NCBI RefSeq assembly: GCF_001194135.2
Contig: NC_068982.1
Coordinates: 171,169,640-171,233,639 of the forward strand
DNA: 64,000 nt
Direction: 5' to 3'
From: Octopus bimaculoides
Taxonomy: Eukaryota
The position numbers were made by a program, and so were the translations under genes. The notes under the pieces are model-generated. The model ran no database searches. It saw only the letters and a list, made by a program, of their open reading frames with translations, and was not told where the DNA came from. Positions 55,228 through 64,000 of this stretch are shown piece after piece; position 1 is the first letter of the stretch; every line of letters begins with the position of its first letter.

Positions 55228-56877
55228 TTCATAGATTTATAAGCCAATCACAAATATGCACACATACATACAGATATATATATATGCGTGTGTGTATATA
55301 TATATATATNNNNNNNNNNNNNNNNNNNNNNNNNNNNNNNNNNNNNNNNNNNNNNNNNNNNNNNNNNNNNNNNNNNNNNNNNNNNNNNNNNNNNNNNNNN
55401 NNNNNNNNNNNNNNNNNNNNNNNNNNNNNNNNNNNNNNNNNNNNNNNNNNNNNNNNNNNNNNNNNNNNNNNNNNNNNNNNNNNNNNNNNNNNNNNNNNNN
55501 NNNNNNNNNNNNNNNNNNNNNNNNNNNNNNNNNNNNNNNNNNNNNNNNNNNNNNNNNNNNNNNNNNNNNNNNNNNNNNNNNNNNNNNNNNNNNNNNNNNN
55601 NNNNNNNNNNNNNNNNNNNNNNTATAGTGAGAGAGGAAGAGTGAGAGATTGATAAGAGGATAGATACAGAGATAGTTATTCCCGTAGTTGAGTTTTTGCA
55701 TATGTGTTTTTATATATATTGCGAAAGTTTTCCCATTTCTATTGTTAAATTCTTGTGGCTTTCATTTACAATATATTACCAATATATTATATTAATTTCG
55801 TTTTTGTATTTGGTTTGCAAGATTCTTTATACGAATTCGTGTGTTGAAGCATATTTTGTGGTGCCTGGAGGAGAGACATTCTGTTTTTAGCAAAAAATAA
55901 ATAAATAAGTAACAGAGTGGAAATTGAACCGGTGTGTGTGTGTTAATTAATAAGGCATTTAAACAGAATGACTCTCCCCAGATACAACAAAATATTATAT
56001 TAAATTATCCCTTATTTAGTAATATATCTGCGATATCTATCTTAGTAACTTGACCCCTCTTCGCTCCTCCCTTTTCTCTTCAGAACAGGTGCGTTTTTGG
56101 TAAAATATTTCAAGCATTTTCCTTGTTTAAATTTGTATTTATTTGAACTGCAGCTATTGGTGTTTTTTGACGATCGTTTTTGTTTCCATTACCTTACTTC
56201 TAATTTTTCTTTCTCTTACTTAAATTCTGAACGAAAACGGATAACAATGATAGTATTTCCGAATATTGTATTTCTGTTTGTTTATTTTTTGTTTTTATTT
56301 AATATTTATCTTTTCAATTCCCGTTTGATGTAAATGCGAGTGGAAATTATGTTCTATATTCCGGTTTGTGCGTAAGTTTGTGTGAATTTCTGTGTGTGCG
56401 TGTATTTATGTTTTCTGTGTACCTATCTCTAGTTTCACATGCTCTGTTTCATATACCCAAGTACAGAGTATGTGTAACCGTGAGGATGAGAATGTTATTA
56501 AAAGAAAGCTTGAGAGTGTAAGAATAGAAAAGGTGAAACCGCAAATCAAATAATTCCATGCGATAGTGTACATCGTCAATCTCTTCAGATTACATTTCTT
56601 ACCTTATTTTAATTTTACTTCTTCGGGCTCTGATAGTAAACAATATTTTATTGCTAATATAAGCTTTAATGCAAAGACTGCAGGTATAATTTCGGAAACT
56701 CTGGAAAATATTTATACAGTGATGGCAGCCCAATTACTGTATGCACATACAACTACACACAAACGCATACACACACACGTACGCACACACACGCACACGC
56801 ATTCACTCACTCACTCACATACAAAACCATGTATATATACATACATGCATCATTTAACGAGACACTCCTTCTAAAAT

Positions 56878-56979
56878 CACCCGATGAGACGCTTCTGCAC
56901 CGGAGGAGGAAGATACACCACAAGTACAGAATACCTCCCGTGTGGGATCGATGCAGGATGGGTCGAAACGATCGTTGTG
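56878..56979 (+). ncRNA. Hammerhead ribozyme-like motif with long stem II
   Basis: Stem I CAC/GTG, CCGAUGA (U4C), stem II GAC/GTC extended by TTCTGCA/TGCAGGA and GGAGG/CCTCC, GAAA 56965-56968, palindrome ACGATCGT, GUU triplet, AATAAA at 56983-56988. Confidence 0.5.
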
Positions 56980-58362
56980 CGAAATAAAGTTTCTCGAATA
57001 TTCCATTTTCCGTCTCTTATANNNNNNNNNNNNNNNNNNNNNNNNNNNNNNNNNNNNNNNNNNNNNNNNNNNNNNNNNNNNNNNNNNNNNNNNNNNNNNN
57101 NNNNNNNNNNNNNNNNNNNNNNNNNNNNNNNNNNNNNNNNNNNNNNNNNNNNNNNNNNNNNNNNNNNNNNNNNNNNNNNNNNNNNNNATATATATATAAG
57201 GATGGTGAAAAAATAGGTGTGCAGTTATGAAAAAGTAATCACATACAATACTCATTTTTTTTTATCAAAAAATTAGAAATTACGATAAAAGTTTTACTAT
57301 AGTTATAATAAACGTATTGTTATGATTAATGACACTGATAATATCAAAAATGAGGTTAACTTTCAAATTTTTTGATAAAGAGATCTGAGTATTGTACGTG
57401 TTTTCTTTTTTTATCACTGTATACATATTTTTAATTCAAAACTTCTTTCCGTTTAAAGGCGTCTTACAGGTATATCTTTATACACACACCTGTCACACCC
57501 TCTGTATCTCTCTTGTCTTCACTTTTATCATCATACTTGTGCCCACTCCCACAGCCACGTCCTTACACTTTCCTCACTCACGTGTAATGATTGCATAAAC
57601 ACACACGCCTTCCACACATCTACGCACATACACTAAATCATCAAAAACTACATAAACCCCTTTCCAATGTATGCCCACCTACAGACTCGGATATACTTGT
57701 ATTCTTGGGCGTACACACCTGTGTTTCCACTCTTCTTGAATATCGCTGTAAAACCACATTCCCTTCTATCTTCTAACGCTTCTTTTGTTTTCTTCTTTCT
57801 CTCTTTGCGTGTCTCTTATTCTTTCTCTCACTTTCTCACTATCTATTTTCCTGACTATTCCTCCTACTCACTCCACTAATTGTTTTTCTTTATATTCTGA
57901 TGTACGACCTACGTCTGAAACGTCCAGTATCTTTCTATTCTTATTAGAGCTACAGTTTCATTTTTCATTTGTTGACTAACAATGCTGCCTGTGGTTTCAT
58001 GGTTTAAAATGGCAATTCTTAAACGTTCCACTTAAGAATAACGATAAGTGGTCTCCATGTTGGACTAGACTAATTGAGATTACACGGTGCTCAACGGAAG
58101 TTCAAGCGTTCAGAGATTATATGGGTTAGGATAGTTGATACAGAAATAAGTGGTAGTTACTCACGTAGTGGCTTCCTTAATTCTCATTTCTCTTACATAT
58201 TCCTTGCTTTGTTTTGATTTTTGTAGGTATTGATAGAACCTTGTAAAATATGAGGCTTTTGAGCCCAAAACATAATACGAACACATTCATAAATATAGGA
58301 TAGTGGTACAACAATGCACCAATATTTACTGGACATGGCAGACGATAATACACGACGCTATA

Positions 58363-58487
58363 CAGGGTGTCCACAAAGTCTGGGTACATGGGGATTAACA
58401 CATACTTTAAGAAATTATTATTTGTTATATTTAATTGTTTGTTATGATTTTAATTACTTCATGTACTCAGACCTTGTGAACACCCTG
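58363..58487. mobile_element. 125-bp Tc1/mariner-type MITE
   Basis: TA|CAGGGTGTCCACAAAGTCTGGGTACATG versus reverse-complement CAGGGTGTTCACAAGGTCTGAGTACATG|TA (25 of 28); TA flanks; AT-rich core. Confidence 0.92.
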
Positions 58488-58685
58488 TAGTAAAGTTTCA
58501 CTGCATATATATACTGGCAAAGATGTTTTCGGGCGTCGAACATAAAAAAAATTCATCTAACCTCTAGGTAGAACATTAAATAAATGTACAACCAAGATGT
58601 GGATAATCTAGGACCTTGATTTCGAACCTTCCAAATTACGTTTATTAACATAAATTTGATTAGTTCTCTCCCGTATTACTCGTCT

Positions 58686-58727
58686 GAACGCTTGGCCGAG
58701 AACAGCGAGAACAGCGAGAACAGCGAA
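58686..58727 (+). repeat. 9-bp tandem repeat (gagaacagc)x3
   Basis: gccgagaacagcgagaacagcgagaacagcga. Confidence 0.85.
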
Positions 58728-58769
58728 AAAGTTTCCAAAGAAAAAATTAATAAATAATGCAATACAGCA

Positions 58770-58801
<32 letters not shown>

Positions 58802-59359
58802 NNNNNNNNNNNNNNNNNNNNNNNNNNNNNNNNNNNNNNNNNNNNNNNNNNNNNNNNNNNNNNNNNNNNNNNNNNNNNNNNNNNNNNNNNNNNNNNNNNN
58901 NNNNNNNNNNNNNNNNNNNNNNNNNNNNNNNNNNNNNNNNNNNNNNNNNNNNNNNNNNNNNNNNNNNNNNNNNNNNNNNNNNNNNNNNNNNNNNNNNNNN
59001 NNNNNNNNNNNNNNNNNNNNNNNNNNNNNNNNNNNNNNNNNNNNNNNNNNNNNNNNNNNNNNNNNNNNNNNNNNNNNNNNNNATATGTCGAGGAAAATAG
59101 CTAGGCAAAGAGGTAGACAGGGAATTAAAGAATAGAGACGAAACACGGTGACATGTTAAAACAGAAACCCAAATAAAATTAAAATTGTTGTCGAATAACA
59201 TATTCAAACATTTTGCAGTAACACACAGTAATGCAAATATATTTACACGTATTGCTGACACACACATACTAATGCAACCATCCAGACACATTGTAAGCAT
59301 ACACATATAACCGTTTAACTACGTTAAAGAAACGTGGTGAAGTAATATTTTCTGCTCTA

Positions 59360-59746
59360 GGCACAAGGCCCGAAATTTTGGGGGAGGGGGCCACCCGATT
59401 AGATTAACTCCAGTACGCAAGTGGTAATTAATTTATCGACCCCGAAAGTATGAAGGGTAAAGTCGACCTCGGCGAAATTTGAACTCAAAACGTGAAGACA
59501 GATGAAATACCTATTTCGTTATTGCCCACAAGGGGCTAAACATAGCGGGAACAAACAAGAACAGACGAACGGATTAAGTCGATTGCATCGACCCCAGTGC
59601 GTAACTGGTACTTAATTTATCGACCCCGAAAGGATGAAAGGCAAAGTCGACCTCGGCGGAATTTGATCTCAGAACGTAACGGCAGACGAAATACTGTTGA
59701 GCATTTCGCCCGGCATGCTAATGTTTCTCCCAGCTCGCCGCCTTAA
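59360..59746 (-). mobile_element. Dimeric SINE family B
   Basis: Two tandem copies of atttatcgaccccgaaag.atgaa.gg.aaagtcgacctcggcg.aatttga.ctca.aacgt, joined by a unique linker; only the right unit has the full head (gctcgccgccttaa). Confidence 0.9.
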
Positions 59747-60356
59747 GCGTGGAAAGAGACAGAGCGATCAGGAACACAGAAATATGAACAGAGAAGCCGA
59801 AAGGAAAAGAAAGAAAGAGAGAAAGAGAGAAAGGGAGAAAGACGAAGGGAGAGAGCGAGAGAGATCGGTACAAAGTTGAATGAGAAAGAATAAATAATAC
59901 ATTAGCAAACAAGAAGTTATATTCAAGACAAAAAAATACAACGAAAATATGCAGAGAGACAATAAGAATGTAAAAAAAAAAAAAAACAGAAAAAATGAAT
60001 GTTGGTGTCAAACTTAAGTTTTGGGTATTAAGGAAACGGGCCATCATAGAAACAAGCTACTAAACAATCTATATTCGAGTGAGCAAGTTAGAAATGTTCT
60101 TGATCTAAAATGATAATAAAGCGGATAAAAAAGACAGCAAGAAGAAATGGAAATGTAAAAAAAATTCAAAGATAAAACAAAGTACAAAGAAAATGAAACG
60201 TAACGCGAAAAATATGTTTACTAGACGAAAGTGAAAATATTTTTAGTCTTCAAAAATCTCAGCGATATTCTTGTATTTTCTGTAAATCGTTTATTCTTGA
60301 GTTTTTTTGTAAATATACATACATATATAGATGCATACATACATAGAAACATACAT

Positions 60357-60429
<73 letters not shown>

Positions 60430-60899
60430 TATGTATATATAATTTATATATAATTGCTTTCTTATCTCTTATTCTTCAGATTAATTTTCTTTTTTCCTTC
60501 TTCCATATTATGTAGCTTGTTTCATATATTCTCTATTTTGTGCAAGGTTGAATAATTTTTTTTCTGCATTACTTTCTGTCAGTGTTACTTTGTTACTTCT
60601 TGTTTTATATTAGTTGTCCCGCCTTAATCCCAGATAATTTCTGATCGAGAACAATCAGCGACAAAAGGATTTTAGTAGAAACCTTCAATACCATTATAAT
60701 TCAGAAGCTATTACATACTAAATTAATGTAACAAGAATGTTATATTGGGAATAGGTGGTAAGTCTCATCATCCGAAGAATCATTCTTAGGAGTCGTAGTT
60801 GCAGGGTACGATTGACAGTAACAATATTGTCACTAAAAAGAATGTTCTACAGCTTCATTTTCCTTCTCTTATGAAGTTCCCAGCATGTAGCGAAAGAAT

Positions 60900-61345
60900 G
60901 CAGCAATTTCAGTAAAAGCTACTTCGGCAAAAATACGACAGCAGCAGCGACAACACCAAGAATAACATGAGACGGAAACAATAAATCAATATAAGCTTCA
61001 ATTTATCAAGTACAACCACCGTTTCTTTCACCACCGACATCGCCACGGTTACTCGCGTCGGTAACGGCAATAACAAAACCAGCAACAAGAACAACAACGA
61101 CAACAAAGCCGAATGAGTGGTCGACAACAGTGACACCATCACTACCATTCTACCACCAAAACCAGTACCAACAGTGATGCAACAAAGAGCGGCGGCTTCA
61201 GTGATGACGGTAACAAAAGTAAAAGAAAGAATTGTAACAACAGCGATAACACCACTTAAAATGAGAACGATAAAAGTAAAAAAGACTGATGACAGCAACA
61301 GCATATCTACCAATACTAGCATCCATTGCTAACACCACCGCCTTC
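60900..61345 (+). repeat. Degenerate CAA/ACC/GCA-rich low-complexity tract
   Basis: Eroded trinucleotide periodicity. Confidence 0.7.
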
Positions 61346-61809
61346 AATATTAACACTAGCACCATTAATGTCGCCATGACAGTAGCTTGCAAATCAACTG
61401 CTAAAGGATTTACTATCGCTTGTCGAGTCCAAGAAATAATTTCTCTATCGCAGTAGGATTTGAAAAGTGTCGAAAATTTCTTAACTGTTATCAGGAGGAG
61501 TGTGTCTTTAAGCATACCGTAACTGATATCAGAATGATACACACAGAAAGTATAATATACAGGTGTATAGGACTGAAGTTCAGAAAATTGGAACAAGCGT
61601 TTCAAAACTATATTGGGAAGATTTTTTTTTTCACCAACCTGAGTCCAAAAATTTAATGCGTTCGAGGAAGAAGGTTCGACAAGTTTGAGGTGAAATTTTC
61701 GACTATGATCGAGACCAGGAAGCATTCTGTAATACATATGTGTAACAAATTCGCCCTTATACCGATTTGTCTCGGCAGAAGAGTTGCAATTTAAGGTGTT
61801 AGACATGGT

Positions 61810-62690
61810 TCAAACAGTACCTTCTTTTCACATCATATCGCCCAAAACACACCAAAATCAACATTCCTTTCAACTTGGGAAAACGAATTTGTACCATAAC
61901 ACCAGAACCATCCAAACATGAACAAAGACTAGAGGAAATGAAGGACCAAAGAACCTTCCCTCTTGGAATAATCAGCAACAGAATAATCAAAGCGAAACAA
62001 ATAGATATCAATGAACATAGGAAAACAAAAAACACAAGAAAGAAAAATGTCTTACTATTTGTGTCAACCTTCAATCACAGGAACGCAGAAATATTTGATC
62101 ACATCCACAAAAAACATGCCCATCTTATTTGCAGATGAAAAAAATTAGAAAAAATTTAGAAAAACAACAAATCATCAAAAGCAAAAGGCAGCCCAAAACA
62201 CTAAAACTCATTCTCACTGGAGCTAAAATTCAGAAAAAATAAAAACCCCAACGCAATGGTCACAAAATGTGGGAGAACAAACTGTGGCACTTGCCGTTAC
62301 CTAATTGATGGGCTAGAATTTAAATTCAAAGATAGCCAAACCTTCAAAGTCAAGGCCAATCTCACCTGCAACACGGAGAACCTGATCTACGTAATCACAT
62401 GCAATGGTTGCCAACATAATTACATAGGACAGACGGGCGGATCGTTATGCAACACAATGACGACCCATCGCCAACATATCCGAGACAATAGCACAAGGAA
62501 GATTCCTTTCAGCAATCACATTGCAACGTGTGCAGGAATGGTCTTACCCAATTTCAAAATATTTCGCCTCTACATGTACTCAGATCCCTTCAAACAACAA
62601 CAAAGTCCCAATAAAGAAAGGCTATTTATCAAGTATAAACCAGAATTAAATATGGAGCCAACCACGACCAATAAATAGTAACAGACACAT
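61810..62690 (+). mobile_element. Penelope-like retroelement, 3' part (RT thumb/linker plus GIY-YIG endonuclease), degenerate
   Basis: QYLLFTSYRPKHTKINIPFNLGKRICTI, FVSTFNHRNAEIF, IIKSKRQPKTLKLILT, then ORF 62256-62678: KCGRTNCGTC...LTCNTENLIYVITCNGCQHNYIGQTG...HRQHIR...KYKPELN, the characteristic PLE GIY-YIG signature. Confidence 0.92.
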
Positions 62691-62779
62691 AAAAACAATT
62701 TTATACATATTATTATCATTTTGAAAAATACTACCTTTCGTTTCATAAATCTTTTTTACAATATTCATATATGTCAGCA

Positions 62780-62827
<48 letters not shown>

Positions 62828-63218
62828 AACAAACAAACATACACATGCACAAACAAGAAAGCATCACAAAATCTAGAACACTACTCGAAAACCAAACAAA
62901 GAAACATCATCCACTACTCGTCCATAAAAACAAATAAAGAATTAATGAACCAAATGCATTAACACACAAACGTTACAAAAAATGACTACATCATGCCAGC
63001 AAATGGTAACAGACAAAATGCAAAACATTTCGATGGACTATGTGAATAATGAAAAGAGAACACAGAAATATTCTGGCGGAAACAAACACGATAAGCCAGA
63101 AGAACAGATCACCTGTACTTTCTGGAGTATAACATATGTTCATTCTCTCTTTCCTCCATTTTATAAAGCCTGGCCTTAACAGAGAATAAGCAATGTTACC
63201 GCATTTACATTGGGTTAC

Positions 63219-63290
63219 CTTTAAAGGAATGGTACCTGCTCTGCTGAAAGAGGGATGAGAATGGTGTACAGGCCTGCTCTAAGAATGTGC
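63219..63290 (-). other. Candidate 72-nt phase 1-1 exon (TFLEQACTPFSSLFQQSRYHSFK)
   Basis: Minus strand cctctcccagttgttctcttcttgtctacAG acceptor, open frame, donor AAG|GTAACC. No homology recognised. Confidence 0.25.
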
Positions 63291-63535
63291 CTGTAGACAA
63301 GAAGAGAACAACTGGGAGAGGATATTTGACTTCTTGGTCAGTGTGACCGTAGTTTCTTGGAGATTTCCATGTACGCTTCTCGGAGGTAACCTTATTTGGT
63401 GAATGTTTCTTTCAGGTAAATTTATTGTACCATATTTTATTTTTATTTACAACTAAAACTTTTCTCATGTTTCCTATCTCTCCGTCCTTGTAATATCGTG
63501 TTTTTATTTCTTTTTGATCATTCTAAGGAGCTTAT

Positions 63536-63536
<1 letters not shown>

Positions 63537-63583
<47 letters not shown>

Positions 63584-63590
63584 CCACCAC
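63537..63590 (+). repeat. (CAT)n(CAC)n microsatellite
   Basis: Directly visible; source of the poly-His ORF. Confidence 0.97.
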
Positions 63591-64000
63591 TCCATTGCAG
63601 ATGCGGAACAGCGGAGACACGTGCTCATTCCTATGGTTGACCCTCCAGTTCGTGACCAGCGCTTGGTCTTGCATTGTCAGTGTAGTGCTCTCGGTCTCTT
63701 TTTTTTAGGGATCCTTTCATCATCCAATCCCACCTATTTTTTCCAGCAACTTCTGCTGTGGCTACATGGAATTGATTGTGTAGTCACTTCTTGCCTAATT
63801 CTTCTTCATGTCGGTTTTGTACTTCTTTCATATGTCATGTACCACAATCGGTTCTATAAGTTGAACTTTGCTGGGGTTTTTTTTATTTGGTTACTTCAGA
63901 TTTCTCACTGAGAGACACATTTTGGTAAATGTTGCTAAACATGGCAGATTCAACGAGGAATTGAGTTGAAGAAGTAGCAAGGTTATGTGAGGTAAGTCAT
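63591..64000 (-). mobile_element. R4/Dong-clade retrotransposon internal fragment
   Basis: Minus strand: WDWMMKGSLKK..ETESTTLTMQDQALVTNW..NEHVSPLFRICNG, matching the WL..LK.ETE...AQDQAL.TN...CRxC pattern that precedes the CCHC knuckle; breaks at the microsatellite. Confidence 0.7.

Noticed and set aside
63498-63911. Poly-histidine ORF
   Set aside because: It is a (CAT)n microsatellite read through into the antisense strand of an R4 fragment.

Overview
AT-rich, microsatellite-saturated animal genomic DNA with about 20 N-gaps, nearly all abutting simple repeats. The SINE families and repeat landscape look like Octopus, but that is recall-based inference, not a database match. No intact protein-coding gene can be supported, and almost all track ORFs are microsatellite or N-run artefacts. 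The window is mostly decayed mobile DNA: three tRNA-derived SINE families; six fragments of R4/Dong-type (restriction-like endonuclease) non-LTR retrotransposons, several embedded in (TAA)n or (CATA)n arrays; a Tx1-like LINE 3' end; a Penelope-like element with a GIY-YIG domain; a near full-length DD37D (maT) transposon; a mariner fossil; a pogo-like non-autonomous element; and a 125-bp MITE. A few splice-signal-bounded candidate exons may mark a host gene with long introns. The least expected signal is a set of dispersed, degenerate minimal type I hammerhead ribozyme motifs with palindromic stem III (19079, 37255, 52678, 56878, plus weaker ones). One sits inside a ~90-bp inverted-repeat cassette, flanked by two diverged ~300-bp direct repeats, which suggests Penelope-terminal or retrozyme-like elements.
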